Assembly: GCA_038208295.1 (NCBI GenBank)
Contig: JBBQYX010000001.1
Span: 85,001-149,000 of the forward strand
Direction of reading: 5' to 3'
Source: Candidatus Nanopelagicales bacterium
GTDB taxonomy: Bacteria; Actinomycetota; Actinomycetes; S36-B12; JBBQYX01
DNA length: 64,000 bases
Shown here: one piece after another, positions 8,288 through 18,453 of the stretch
How positions within the stretch are numbered: position 1 is the stretch's first letter
Layout: each line of letters starts with the position of its first letter
The notes under the pieces: model-generated
What the model was told of the DNA's origin: nothing
Database searches by the model: none
What the model saw: the letters and a program-made list of their open reading frames with translations, nothing else
Program-made: the position numbers and the translations under genes

Positions 8288-10456
8288 GTGATCTCACGTA
8301 GGAAGTTCCTGGCATCCGGAACCGTGGCAACAATCGGGGGAGTTCTGCTGCCTCGCCCTGCGACGGCAGCGGGATTGCCCCATGGTTTGCCGGATCCCCG
8401 CCCGCGGATGCCCGCGAGCATGCATACCGGGAAACCGCAGCCGCATCTGCACAGCTCGATGATTCCGCAGTTCGTGGACCCGCTGCCGCTGCCCACGCTG
8501 ATCCGGGGCAGATCCGCCGTCACTCTCACCATGGACGAGTTCCGCTCCCCCATGCTGTCCACGGGTTTCCGCGGTGCGAACCGCGACTACCAGGGCACCT
8601 GGATGTGGGGATACCGTGGCCCGGAGGAGCGAACCGGAACCGCTGCTGGTCCGCACTGCGGGCCGGTGATCCTCGCCCGTCGCGGGCAGCCCCTCAGCGT
8701 GCGCTACATCAACCGACTCGGCTCCACCGCCAGCACGAACCTGCGCTTTTGGTCCGAGGCAACCGACGACACCTTCCACTGGGCGGACCCGTTGGGCACT
8801 CGTGCGATGCGGCCAAAGTCGCTGGACCACATGGCGTCGTCGGCCATGCTGCCGGGTCGCGACGTGCACTATGCCGGTCCGATCCCCGCTGTTCCGCATC
8901 TGCATGGCGGAATCGTTCCCGCCTCGATCGACGGCGGGCCGGACGCCTGGTTTACCAGTGACGGCAGATATCACGGTCCGAAGTACCACACGCTGACCGG
9001 TACGGCCACCCGCGCCAACCAACGCAACGAGGCCACCTACCGCTATCCGAACGTGCAGGAGGCCGCCCCGCTGTGGTTTCACGACCACGTCCTGGGTATC
9101 ACCCGGCTCAATGTCTACGCGGGGTTGTTCGGCGTGTATCTGCTCGAAGACCCCGGCATGTCCTTGCCGCCGAACCTACCCTCGGCTGCCGAGGCGGTCC
9201 CACTGGTCCTGCGGGACGCAAGTTTCGACGTGGACGGGCAACTGTTCTTCAATAGCGAAGGAGTGAACCCCGAACACCCGTCCTGGGTTCCCGAGTTTAT
9301 CGGCGACGCGATCATCGTCAACGGTAAGACGTGGCCGTTCCACAAAGTGGAGCGGCGGCGCTACCGATTCATGATCCTCAACGGTTCCAATGCGCGTTCT
9401 TTCGAACTGTCCCTGATCGACCCGGTGACGAAAGCTGCCGGTCCGCCGATCTGGGTCATCGGAAACGATGGTGGATATTTGGACGCTCCCGTCCGGGTGG
9501 GATCCGGCGGCTCGCCGAAGGACGAGAAAGAGCTGCTGGTCATGCCGGCCGAGCGCTACGAGGTCATCATCGACTTCGGTGACCCTGACTTCCTGCGCCG
9601 CAACCCGAACTTCTCCGGGAAACTACTCCTGCGTAACACCGCAGGCAGCCCGTACCCGGGCGGCGATCCCGTGTTCGGCACGACCACGGGCCGGGTGATG
9701 ACCTTCATGGTCGGGCGGGATGCCGTCGTCGACAACAGTTACGACCCCACGACGGATGGGCCGTTGCGGGCGGCCGATCAGCGCATCGTGCGCCTGACCG
9801 ATCCGGCCACCGGCGCCTTGGCGGCGGGTGTCAAACCCCGGGTCACCCGCCAACTCACCCTGAACGAGGTGATGGGTGAGGGTGGTCCGCTGGAAGTGCT
9901 GCTAAACAACTCGCACTTCATGGCCAAGGTGAGCGAGCACGCCGCCGAGGGCGGCACCGAGATCTGGGAGATCGTCAACCTGACCGAGGATGCCCATCCG
10001 ATCCACATCCACCTCGCCAACTTCCAGGTGCTCAACGCACAGGCCTTCGACAAGGAGGCCTACGAGGAGGTGTACGAGAAGGCATTCCGGCACGACTACC
10101 GCCCGGGCGCCGGGCCACCGCTGGGCTATTACCAGGGAAACCGCCGTGCCCTGGGCGGAAACCCGGACGTTGCGCCCTATCTGCGGGGTCCGGTTCTGCC
10201 GCCCTGGGCGCACGCAGCCGGCTGGAAGGACACCTTGCTCGTGCGCCCGGGAATGGTCACCCGGTTCGCCGTCCGCTTCGCGCCCACCGAGACCCGGGCG
10301 GACGAGACCGGCGGGCACTACCCGTTCGATCCGGCCGACGGCTCGTACATGTGGCACTGCCACATCCTCGATCACGAGGACAACGACATGATGCGCTCGT
10401 TCACGATCGCTAAGGCGACGAAGCCGCGGCGACTGCGGAAGGGTCGCGACTACTGA
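8288..10456 (+). CDS. Tat-exported multicopper oxidase (CotA/bilirubin oxidase-like)
   Basis: Tat motif SRRKFL; all four copper motifs present (HLHG, WFHDH, HPIHIH, HCHILDHEDNDMM). Confidence 0.92.
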   Translation: MISRRKFLASGTVATIGGVLLPRPATAAGLPHGLPDPRPRMPASMHTGKPQPHLHSSMIPQFVDPLPLPTLIRGRSAVTLTMDEFRSPMLSTGFRGANRDYQGTWMWGYRGPEERTGTAAGPHCGPVILARRGQPLSVRYINRLGSTASTNLRFWSEATDDTFHWADPLGTRAMRPKSLDHMASSAMLPGRDVHYAGPIPAVPHLHGGIVPASIDGGPDAWFTSDGRYHGPKYHTLTGTATRANQRNEATYRYPNVQEAAPLWFHDHVLGITRLNVYAGLFGVYLLEDPGMSLPPNLPSAAEAVPLVLRDASFDVDGQLFFNSEGVNPEHPSWVPEFIGDAIIVNGKTWPFHKVERRRYRFMILNGSNARSFELSLIDPVTKAAGPPIWVIGNDGGYLDAPVRVGSGGSPKDEKELLVMPAERYEVIIDFGDPDFLRRNPNFSGKLLLRNTAGSPYPGGDPVFGTTTGRVMTFMVGRDAVVDNSYDPTTDGPLRAADQRIVRLTDPATGALAAGVKPRVTRQLTLNEVMGEGGPLEVLLNNSHFMAKVSEHAAEGGTEIWEIVNLTEDAHPIHIHLANFQVLNAQAFDKEAYEEVYEKAFRHDYRPGAGPPLGYYQGNRRALGGNPDVAPYLRGPVLPPWAHAAGWKDTLLVRPGMVTRFAVRFAPTETRADETGGHYPFDPADGSYMWHCHILDHEDNDMMRSFTIAKATKPRRLRKGRDY

Positions 10457-11036
10457 CCGTGGCGGTCAGATCGTCGCGCAGCAGCGAGTAGCAGACCAGA
10501 TCGTGCCGGCCGTCGGTACGTTCCTGGGCGCCTCGCAGGATGCCCTCGCGAGTGAATCCCGCTCGTTCCAGCGCCCGTTGTTCGGCGGTGTTGGCAATGT
10601 CCGTGGACGCCTCGACCCGAAACTGGGGCGTCACAGACAGCAGATACTCCGCCAGCAGCCGCTGCGTGGTGCTGCCGATCCCCTGGCCCCGTACGTCCGG
10701 AGCGAGGTCGATGCCGATGTTCCAGGCCAACGACCCCGCGTTCGGCCCGTAGTGCGTGGAGTGCCACGACACACTGCCGCACACGCGACCCGCCACCTCC
10801 ACGAAGAGGTCATGAACGACACCGGCGGTGTACGCGACGGGCAGACGTGGCCCGAAGTCGTTGTAGGGCGTATCCGAGAACGAGGGTCGAGACTCGTCCG
10901 GCAGCGGAGCGCGCAGGGCCACCGCTACCCCGCGGTGGGTTTCGCCCTGGGCGACCACCGTGCCCGGGTCGGCGGCACCATCGAACTCATGCTTCGGACG
11001 GTCGGCAGCGGATGGATCGACGCCCCGCGATGTCAC
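10410..11036 (-). CDS. GNAT N-acetyltransferase (RimJ/RimL-like)
   Basis: WNIGIDL, RGQGIGS, NTAEQRALERAGFTREG. GTG start overlaps the upstream TGA. Confidence 0.85.
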   Translation of the reverse strand: MTSRGVDPSAADRPKHEFDGAADPGTVVAQGETHRGVAVALRAPLPDESRPSFSDTPYNDFGPRLPVAYTAGVVHDLFVEVAGRVCGSVSWHSTHYGPNAGSLAWNIGIDLAPDVRGQGIGSTTQRLLAEYLLSVTPQFRVEASTDIANTAEQRALERAGFTREGILRGAQERTDGRHDLVCYSLLRDDLTATVSSRDPSAVAAASSP

Positions 11037-11656
11037 GCCAGCACCAAGGTGAGGGCCGCCACACTGCCCACGACGACGGAAGCCAGCGCCAGCAGGCTGT
11101 CCGGTGCCCAGTGGCCGACAACTGGAGCCGTCGTCCCAACCGAGGTCGTGCCGAGCGAGGCCGTCAATGTCCGTAGTCGCTCCACCACATCCTGGGTCTC
11201 CGCGACGTCGCCGGCGCTCTTCTCCACATCCAGCGGGTTGCGGGAGGGCAGGACGCCGGGGACGCCCTGCATGAGGGTGGCGAAACGCCGCCCAGGAGCG
11301 CGCCCGCGCCGCGGCAGCGCATAGCAGCGCACCGACCTGCCGTCGACGTGCACTCGCACCACATCCACCCGATCGACCTCGATCACCGATGTCCACGGAA
11401 TGGTCCACGTGCGCAACGGGTTTCGGACGACGACGACCTCCGGCAACTCAGTCACCGCCGGCCGGATACCGAGCAAATAGCTGGCGCCAAGCACCGCCAG
11501 CGCCACCAGTGCCGCGGTGAGTCGGGATGAACCACCTGCGCTGCCACGTACGGCTGCATCGACGAGAGCGACACCGGCGAGGACCGCGAGCCCGAAGGCG
11601 AGCATTCGACCGGCCCCCAGCCGGTGCACCTCGAGTGACGAGGCGGACGCGGGCAT
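11033..11656 (-). CDS. Membrane protein with bacterial PH-like domain
   Basis: Two N-terminal TM helices, VVVRNPLRTWTIPW motif, C-terminal TM helix. Divergent from deoC, as in other actinomycetes. Confidence 0.7.
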   Translation of the reverse strand: MPASASSLEVHRLGAGRMLAFGLAVLAGVALVDAAVRGSAGGSSRLTAALVALAVLGASYLLGIRPAVTELPEVVVVRNPLRTWTIPWTSVIEVDRVDVVRVHVDGRSVRCYALPRRGRAPGRRFATLMQGVPGVLPSRNPLDVEKSAGDVAETQDVVERLRTLTASLGTTSVGTTAPVVGHWAPDSLLALASVVVGSVAALTLVLA

Positions 11657-11710
11657 GACGACATGATCGCACGCACCCGATCGAACCGCCCCGGGAGGCG
11701 TGCTCGCGCC

Positions 11711-11716
11711 TAGGAT
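11711..11716 (+). promoter_or_regulatory. -10 element for leaderless deoC mRNA
   Basis: TAGGAT lies 6 nt before GTG 11723; no SD. Confidence 0.6.
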
Positions 11717-11722
11717 CGATGG

Positions 11723-12682
11723 GTGACCGTCTCCCCCGATGTGCTGCTCGACCGCACCGAAGACATCACCGCCTCCAACGACTCGCTGCGTCGGTTCCTG
11801 CATGGCCTGCCCGGCGTCGACCAGGTCGGTGTCCAGGCGCGGGTCGCAGCATTGGGTACGCGCTCGATCAAGACCACTTCCAAGGCGTACGCGATCGACC
11901 TGGCCATCTCACTGATCGACCTCACCACGCTGGAGGGCATGGACACCCCGGGCAAGGTCCGAGCCTTGTGCGCGAAGGGGATGCGACCGGACCCCACCGA
12001 TCCGGGCACGCCGAGCGTCGCGGCGATCTGCGTCTACAACGATCTGGTCGGTATCGCCAAGCGGGCGCTCTCGGGGTCGAGCGTGAAGGTCGCCGCGGTA
12101 GCGACCGCCTTTCCTTCCGGCCGAGCGCGCCGCGACGTCAAACTGGCCGACACCGCTGACGCGGTGGAGCAGGGCGCCGACGAGATCGACATGGTCATTG
12201 ACCGGGGTGCCTTCCTGGCCGGCAACTACCAGGCCGTCTTCGAGGAGATCCAGGCGATCCGGGCCGCCACCGGACCCGCCCACCTCAAGGTCATCCTGGA
12301 GACCGGTGAGCTGCAGACGTACGACAACGTCCGGCGGGCATCCTGGCTGGCGATGCTGGCCGGCGCGGACTTCATCAAGACGTCCACCGGGAAGATGCAG
12401 CCGGCCGCGACGTTGCCGGTCACCCTGGTGATGCTGCAAGCGGTCCGCGACTGGTATGCCGCCACCGGGAGACGTATCGGCGTCAAACCCGCCGGTGGGA
12501 TTCGTACGACGAAGGACGCCATCAAATATCTTGTGCTGGTCAACGAGACCGTGGGGCCTGACTGGTTGACCCCGGACCTGCTGCGGCTGGGCGCCTCCGG
12601 GGTGCTCAACGACCTGTTGATGCAGCGCCAGAAACTCCGTACCGGGCACTACTCCGGCCCCGACTACGTGACCATCGACTAA
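11723..12682 (+). CDS. deoC: Deoxyribose-phosphate aldolase
   Basis: IDLTTL, GADEIDMV, LKVILETGEL, FIKTSTGK, GVKPAGGIR. Confidence 0.96.
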   Translation: MTVSPDVLLDRTEDITASNDSLRRFLHGLPGVDQVGVQARVAALGTRSIKTTSKAYAIDLAISLIDLTTLEGMDTPGKVRALCAKGMRPDPTDPGTPSVAAICVYNDLVGIAKRALSGSSVKVAAVATAFPSGRARRDVKLADTADAVEQGADEIDMVIDRGAFLAGNYQAVFEEIQAIRAATGPAHLKVILETGELQTYDNVRRASWLAMLAGADFIKTSTGKMQPAATLPVTLVMLQAVRDWYAATGRRIGVKPAGGIRTTKDAIKYLVLVNETVGPDWLTPDLLRLGASGVLNDLLMQRQKLRTGHYSGPDYVTID

Positions 12683-12691
12683 AGGGACGTC

Positions 12692-14131
12692 ATGACATTC
12701 GAGTATGCGCCCGCGCCCGAGTCCCGGTCCGTCGTCCAGATCCAGTCTTCGTACGGCCTGTTCATCGGCGGGGAGTTCGTCGACCCGCTGCAGGGCAACC
12801 ACTTCAAGACGATCAACCCCGCCACCGAGGAAGTCCTCGCCGACGTTGCCGAGGCAGATGCCGCTGACGTCGACCGCGCCGTACAGGCGGCGCGACAGGC
12901 GTACACCAAGGTGTGGTCGAAACTTTCCGGCAAGGAACGCGGCAGTTATCTCTTCCGCATCGCCCGGCTGGTCCAGGAGCGAGCCCGAGAACTCGCCGTC
13001 CTGGAAACCCTGGACAACGGGAAGCCCATTCGGGAGAGCCGCGACGTCGACGTGCCGTTGGTGGCCGCGCACTTCTTCTACCACGCGGGCTGGGCCGACA
13101 AGTTGGGCTATGCCGGGCTCGGACCGACGCCCCGTGCCCTGGGTGTGGTCGGGCAGATCATCCCGTGGAATTTCCCGCTGCTGATGCTGGCCTGGAAGAT
13201 CGCGCCCGCGCTGGCAGCCGGGAACACCGTTGTCCTCAAGCCCGCGGAGACCACACCGTTGTCGGCGCTGCTGTTCGCCGACATCTGCCGCCAAGCCGAG
13301 TTGCCCCCCGGCGTCGTCAACATCGTCACCGGCGCTGGGGCGACCGGCCAGGCCCTGGTCGAGCATCCTGACATCGACAAAGTGGCCTTCACCGGGTCGA
13401 CCGAGGTGGGCAAGCGCATCGCGCGCACCCTGGCCGGCAGCCGTACCCGACTGACCCTGGAACTTGGCGGCAAGGCTGCGAACGTCGTCTTCGACGACGC
13501 ACCGCTGGACCAGGCGGTCGAGGTGATCGTCAACGGCATTTATTTCAACCAGGGGCACGTCTGCTGCGCCGGGTCGCGCCTCCTCGTGCAGGAGTCGATC
13601 GAGGGCGAGTTCCTGAGCGCCCTCAAGCAGCGATTGGCGACCCTGCGGATCGGTGACCCACTGGACAAGAACACCGATCTGGGGGCCATCAACTCCGCCG
13701 TGCAGTTGGAGCGCATCCACGAGCTGACGGCCGCGGGTGACGCCGAGGGGGCACAACGATGGTCCGCCCCCTGCGTTCTGCCCGAACGGGGTTTTTGGTT
13801 CCCGCCGACCCTGTTCACAGGCGTCACCCAGGCGCATCGGGTGGCCCGCGAGGAGATCTTCGGGCCGGTGCTGTCGGTGCTGACGTTCCGTACTCCCGCT
13901 GAGGCCGTCGAGAAGGCGAACAACACCCCGTACGGGCTATCCGCCGGCGTGTGGACCGAGAAGGGTTCGCGCATCCTGAAGATGGCACAGAGTCTGCGCG
14001 CCGGTGTCGTGTGGGCCAACACGTTCAACCACTTCGATCCGGGCAGCCCCTTCGGCGGCTACAAGGAGTCCGGCTACGGCCGCGAAGGCGGTCGGCACGG
14101 CCTGGCCGCCTATCTGTCCGAGGGGAACTGA
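12692..14131 (+). CDS. Aldehyde dehydrogenase (catalytic chain; probably acts on acetaldehyde released by DeoC)
   Basis: IIPWNFP, FTGSTEVG, LELGGK, FNQGHVCCAGS, EEIFGP, FGGYKESGYGREGG. Confidence 0.93.
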   Translation: MTFEYAPAPESRSVVQIQSSYGLFIGGEFVDPLQGNHFKTINPATEEVLADVAEADAADVDRAVQAARQAYTKVWSKLSGKERGSYLFRIARLVQERARELAVLETLDNGKPIRESRDVDVPLVAAHFFYHAGWADKLGYAGLGPTPRALGVVGQIIPWNFPLLMLAWKIAPALAAGNTVVLKPAETTPLSALLFADICRQAELPPGVVNIVTGAGATGQALVEHPDIDKVAFTGSTEVGKRIARTLAGSRTRLTLELGGKAANVVFDDAPLDQAVEVIVNGIYFNQGHVCCAGSRLLVQESIEGEFLSALKQRLATLRIGDPLDKNTDLGAINSAVQLERIHELTAAGDAEGAQRWSAPCVLPERGFWFPPTLFTGVTQAHRVAREEIFGPVLSVLTFRTPAEAVEKANNTPYGLSAGVWTEKGSRILKMAQSLRAGVVWANTFNHFDPGSPFGGYKESGYGREGGRHGLAAYLSEGN

Positions 14132-14132
14132 C

Positions 14133-15002
14133 ATGCCTGCGCGCCTAGACGTACGCAAAACGTACAAACTGTTTATCGGGGGTGCATTTCCCCGGTCGGA
14201 ATCCGGCCGAGTGTACGAGGTGATCGACGCGCGTGGTCGGTTCCTGGCCAATGCGGCGCTGGGCTCAAGGAAGGACGCCCGCGACGCAGTTGTCGCGGCC
14301 CGCAAGGCCTTTCGGGGGTGGAGCGGTGCAACCGCGTACAACCGCGGGCAGGTGCTGTATCGCGTCGCGGAACTCATGGAGGGCAGGCGCGATCAATTCG
14401 CCATCGAGGTCGCCGCTGCGGAGGGGCTGTCCCAGCGCAAGGCCGAGCAACAGGTCGAGGCCGCCATCGATCGTTGGGTCTGGTATGCGGGTTGGTGCGA
14501 CAAACTCGCCCAGGTGCTCGGGAGCAGTAACCCGGTGTCCGGACCTTTCTTCAACTTTTCGGTGCCGGAACCCACCGGAGTGGTTGCCGTCGTCGCTCCG
14601 CAGGAATCCTCGCTGCTCGGTTTCGTCAGCGTCTGCGCTGCTGCCCTCGTCGGCGGGAATACCGTCGTGGTGCTGGCGGCGGAGGACCGACCGCTGCCAG
14701 CGGTGACGCTCAGTGAGGTGCTGGCCACCTCTGACGTTCCGCCCGGGGTGGTCAACCTTCTGACCGGCCGCGTCGCCGAGATCGCGCCCTGGCTGGCCTC
14801 GCACGCCGACGTCAACGCCATTGACCTGACCGGCGTGAACGACCCTGTCCTGGCCCGCGACATGGAGATCGCCGCGGCCGAGACGGTCACCCGAGTACGC
14901 CGCCCGCCCGTCGAGGTGATCAAGTGGACTGCCGAGCCCGGGCTGGACCGGATGCGCGAACTCATGGAGATCAAGACCGTCTGGCATCCGATCGGCGACT
15001 GA
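14133..15002 (+). CDS. Short ALDH-like protein lacking the catalytic domain
   Basis: KTYKLFIGG, EPTGVV, GNTVVV, PPGVVNLLTG, EIKTVWHPIG; no ELGGK and no catalytic Cys segment. Confidence 0.85.
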   Translation: MPARLDVRKTYKLFIGGAFPRSESGRVYEVIDARGRFLANAALGSRKDARDAVVAARKAFRGWSGATAYNRGQVLYRVAELMEGRRDQFAIEVAAAEGLSQRKAEQQVEAAIDRWVWYAGWCDKLAQVLGSSNPVSGPFFNFSVPEPTGVVAVVAPQESSLLGFVSVCAAALVGGNTVVVLAAEDRPLPAVTLSEVLATSDVPPGVVNLLTGRVAEIAPWLASHADVNAIDLTGVNDPVLARDMEIAAAETVTRVRRPPVEVIKWTAEPGLDRMRELMEIKTVWHPIGD

Positions 15003-15051
15003 TCGGGTCCACCCCTTGACAGGGCCGCCTCCTCGGCCGCGAGGATCCGGC

Positions 15052-15930
15052 ATGGCAACCCACGGCGCACATCTCGAAACCCCCGGGCCGACCGACGGGG
15101 GTGTGGACCGCCGCGCTGTCCAGAGGGCATTGTTCGACGCCATCTCGGCGGACTACGACCGCGTGGGCGTGGAGTTCTTCGGACCGATCGCAGCAGGCCT
15201 GCTGGAGCACCTGGCTCCGACGCCAGGGGAGCGTTTCCTCGACGTCGGATGCGGCAGCGGCGCCCTCCTGCTTCCGGCGGCCGGGGCGGTGACGTCGGCA
15301 GGTCGAGCCGTGGGCCTGGATTCGTCGGCCGGCATGCTGGAACGGTCCCGAAGTGCGCTGGCCGCGGCCGGGATCTCGCACGGCGATCTGGTGCTCGGCG
15401 ATGCGCAGGAGTTGCCGCCGTTGTCCGGTGGTCCGTTCGACGCCGTCGGTTCCAGTCTGGTGCTGTTCTTCCTGCCGGACCCGGTCGCGGCGCTGCGGGG
15501 GTGGCAGGCGCTACTGCGCCCGGGTGGCCGACTCGGCATCAGCACCTTCGGCCCCCAGGACGCTGCCTGGGACCACCTCGACGACGTGTTCACGGCGTTC
15601 CTGCCCGCCGACATGCTCGACGCCCGGACCAGTGGCAGAAGGGGTCCGTTCGGCTCCGACGCCGGGGTCGAGGGTCTGCTGACCGCGGCGGGCCTCACCG
15701 GAGTCCATACGCGGACCTGGGATCTGCGCCTGCAGTTCGCCGACGCCGCGCAGTGGCACGCGTGGACGATGTCCACCGGTCAGCGGGCGATGTGGGCCCG
15801 GATACCCGCGGATCAACGAGCGGAGGTGCGGGCGGAGGCTGAGCGGCGGCTGCACGCCGCCCGGGCCGCGGACGGCAGCATCACGGTCGGCCAGCAGGTG
15901 CGCTACACCATCGGGCACCGGCCGAACTAG
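15052..15930 (+). CDS. Class I SAM-dependent methyltransferase
   Basis: FLDVGCGSG motif I, GLDSSAGML, GDAQ, LLRPGG. Confidence 0.88.
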   Translation: MATHGAHLETPGPTDGGVDRRAVQRALFDAISADYDRVGVEFFGPIAAGLLEHLAPTPGERFLDVGCGSGALLLPAAGAVTSAGRAVGLDSSAGMLERSRSALAAAGISHGDLVLGDAQELPPLSGGPFDAVGSSLVLFFLPDPVAALRGWQALLRPGGRLGISTFGPQDAAWDHLDDVFTAFLPADMLDARTSGRRGPFGSDAGVEGLLTAAGLTGVHTRTWDLRLQFADAAQWHAWTMSTGQRAMWARIPADQRAEVRAEAERRLHAARAADGSITVGQQVRYTIGHRPN

Positions 15931-16937
15931 CCCTGCAGCCGTACGTCGGAGACGGCCACCGAGACCCGACCGCCTAGCCGCCGGATTGAGGCGGAGTCCA
16001 CGGTGACACTGACGTGGTTGGCGAAAGTGCGAGCCGCCGCGGGCAGTGGCAGCGTCACCGTGCGGGCGCTAGCGCCCGCCACCACCTGGACCCCGGCACG
16101 GCGGGTGGACCAGCCGTCGTACAGCAGGACGGTGAGCTTCACCGGGGCGCTGCCGCGGATGGTCATCCGCAGCGACCTGGCCGCGCGCAGGTCCAGGCCC
16201 TGGCGCACCAGCAGGCCGGCGTTCCCGATCGCGGTGCTGCTGGCTGAAACGGCGAAACCGCCCCGGCCGGTGGCTGCGCGCAGCCCACTACCCCAGGCGA
16301 CGGACTGGGTGCGCGGGTCTGCTGCCACGTCGCGACCCAGCAGGGCGTACGACCCGGCCCGCGGCACCGTGACCCGTTCTGCGGCCAGCCCCCAGACGGC
16401 GGCCGGGACGTTGCCCGTGCTGCACCCGGTGGCGAACTTGAGGGTGTTCCACACGGCCCGGCTGCCGCTGCCGGAGCGGTCGACCGTGCCCGAGCCAATG
16501 GCGGTGAAGGTCGGCTCCAGGATGACTGCCCAGTGCCGCGGGGAGTTGCGATACATCGCGAAGACCCGGTCCGCGGTGGCGCTGGCTCCGGAGGCAAGGG
16601 CGATGTCCTCACCGATCATGCGCCAGCGGCAGCCGGCAGCCGTGGCGTTGGCGCCCAGGGCGGGGTCGTGGACCAATTGACGGCCAGCAGCGTTGACCGC
16701 CGAGCGGGCCTGGGCGGCTTGCCAGAGCCCGGCCGAGACGGTCACCGGTTGCAGTCCGCGGGAGGTCCGGGCCGCGTTGATCAAGGCGACCAGCCGCGCA
16801 TCGAAGGCCGTGGTGGCGACTGTGTCCGTGCGTACATAGGCCTGGGCGGGCTTTACCAGCACACCGCCGGCGATCAGGAGTGCCGAGACGACGGACGCCA
16901 CGACCAGCCGAACCCAGGAGACGTTGCGATGTGTCAC
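15927..16937 (-). CDS. Secreted CAP/SCP-domain protein with uncharacterised C-terminal domain
   Basis: Signal peptide ending AQA; LINAARTSRGL, GEDIA, SPRHWAVIL, FTAIGSG. Confidence 0.8.
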   Translation of the reverse strand: MTHRNVSWVRLVVASVVSALLIAGGVLVKPAQAYVRTDTVATTAFDARLVALINAARTSRGLQPVTVSAGLWQAAQARSAVNAAGRQLVHDPALGANATAAGCRWRMIGEDIALASGASATADRVFAMYRNSPRHWAVILEPTFTAIGSGTVDRSGSGSRAVWNTLKFATGCSTGNVPAAVWGLAAERVTVPRAGSYALLGRDVAADPRTQSVAWGSGLRAATGRGGFAVSASSTAIGNAGLLVRQGLDLRAARSLRMTIRGSAPVKLTVLLYDGWSTRRAGVQVVAGASARTVTLPLPAAARTFANHVSVTVDSASIRRLGGRVSVAVSDVRLQG

Positions 16938-17113
16938 GCAGCGATACTCGTCTCTGCCCTGACGTGACGACGGCCGAAGCGGCCCCCTTGAGACGCTCTT
17001 AGCAATAAGTAGTCAAAGAGTTACCGTTAGCGACTGCCGCGCTCGGTAGCCCACCCGTTGCGGGGGTGCCATGCGAGGGCCCCGCGGATGCCGTGCAGCG
17101 CGCGGGGCCCCGC

Positions 17114-18346
17114 TCAGTGCTCGCCTCCCGCGTGCACCGTGACCCCCGGCGGCGGAGTGAACCCGGCCCGCACGGCGGCGTACCCCGGCTTGATCACTCC
17201 ATTGATCAGTGCCAACCGCTCGTCGAACGGGACGAAGGCGCTCTTCATCGCGTTGACCGTGAGCCACTGCAGGTCGCTGAGGTCGTAGCCGAAAGCGGCC
17301 GACAATTGCGCCATCTCGGCGGTCATGGAGGTGGCCGACATGAGCCGGTTGTCGGTGTTGACCGTCACCCGGAAGTTCAGCGCCCGGAGCAGCCCGATCG
17401 GGTGGGTGGCGATGCTGACCGCGGCACCCGTCTGCACGTTGGAGGTAGGGCACATCTCAAGCGGGATGCGCTGATCGCGGACATAGGCGGCCAACCGGCC
17501 CAGCCGCGGCGTTCCGTCGTCCAAGATCTCGATGTCATCGACGATGCGGACCCCGTGGCCCAATCGGTCCGCACCGCACCATTGAATGGCCTCCCAAATG
17601 GACGGCAGGCCGAACGCCTCGCCAGCGTGGATGGTGAAGTGGGCGTTCTCCCGGCGCAGGTATTCGAAGGCGTCCAGGTGCCGGGTGGGGGGGAACCCGG
17701 CCTCGGCACCGGCGATGTCGAAGCCGACAACACCGGCGTCGCGGTAGCGCACCACCAGTTCGGCGATCTGCATGGACCGGGCCGCCGTACGCATCGCCGT
17801 CAGTAGCGTCCGGACCCGAATCGCATGCCCGCGCGCGGCGGCGCGCTCCTCGCCCGCGGTGAAACCAGCCAGCACCGCCTCGACGATGGCCTCCAACGAC
17901 AGTCCACGTTCGACGTGCAACTCCGGAGCGAACCGCACCTCGGCATAAACGACGCCATCGGCGGCGAGATCCTCGGCGCACTCCGCCGCGACCCGGTGCA
18001 GCCCGTCCAGGGTCTGCATGACCCCCACAGTGTGGACGAACGTATCCAGATAGCGCTCCAGCGAGCCCGAATGGCAGGCGTCGTAGAACCACTGACCCAG
18101 CTCGGCGGCGTCGTGGCTGGGCAGGCCTGCATACCCGTCCTGCTCGGCCTGTTCGATGATGGTCGCTGGCCGCAGGCCACCGTCCAAATGGTCATGCAGC
18201 AGCACCTTCGGGGCGGCGCGTACGACATCGACGTCCAACGGAACACCGACGGAGACGCCAGCCAGGCTGGTTGAGCTGGTTGAGCTGGCTGGGCCGGCTG
18301 GGCTGGTTTGGGGAGCAGGCGAAGCAGTCGGGCTGGGTGTGGTCAC
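17114..18346 (-). CDS. add: Adenosine deaminase
   Basis: [42 protein letters not shown] -10 lies 6 nt upstream (leaderless). Confidence 0.95.
   Translation of the reverse strand: MTTPSPTASPAPQTSPAGPASSTSSTSLAGVSVGVPLDVDVVRAAPKVLLHDHLDGGLRPATIIEQAEQDGYAGLPSHDAAELGQWFYDACHSGSLERYLDTFVHTVGVMQTLDGLHRVAAECAEDLAADGVVYAEVRFAPELHVERGLSLEAIVEAVLAGFTAGEERAAARGHAIRVRTLLTAMRTAARSMQIAELVVRYRDAGVVGFDIAGAEAGFPPTRHLDAFEYLRRENAHFTIHAGEAFGLPSIWEAIQWCGADRLGHGVRIVDDIEILDDGTPRLGRLAAYVRDQRIPLEMCPTSNVQTGAAVSIATHPIGLLRALNFRVTVNTDNRLMSATSMTAEMAQLSAAFGYDLSDLQWLTVNAMKSAFVPFDERLALINGVIKPGYAAVRAGFTPPPGVTVHAGGEH
18266..18302. repeat. 9-bp tandem repeats encoding the S/T/P-rich N-terminal extension of Add
   Basis: gctggttga gctggttga gctggctgg gccggctgg. 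Confidence 0.75.
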
Positions 18347-18453
18347 CCCGGCACGCTATCGACCCGCACGGGCTCGGTGACGACCTGATCGGCCATCGGC
18401 TCCGCCGCCGGACGGCGCTGTGGTCAGTCGGCAGCCCGGGGACACCCAGACGA

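Noticed and set aside
14133-15002. Short ALDH as a pseudogene or frameshift fragment of the upstream ALDH
   Set aside because: The upstream ALDH is complete; the short gene has its own SD and ATG, an intact frame and a conserved-looking C-terminus.
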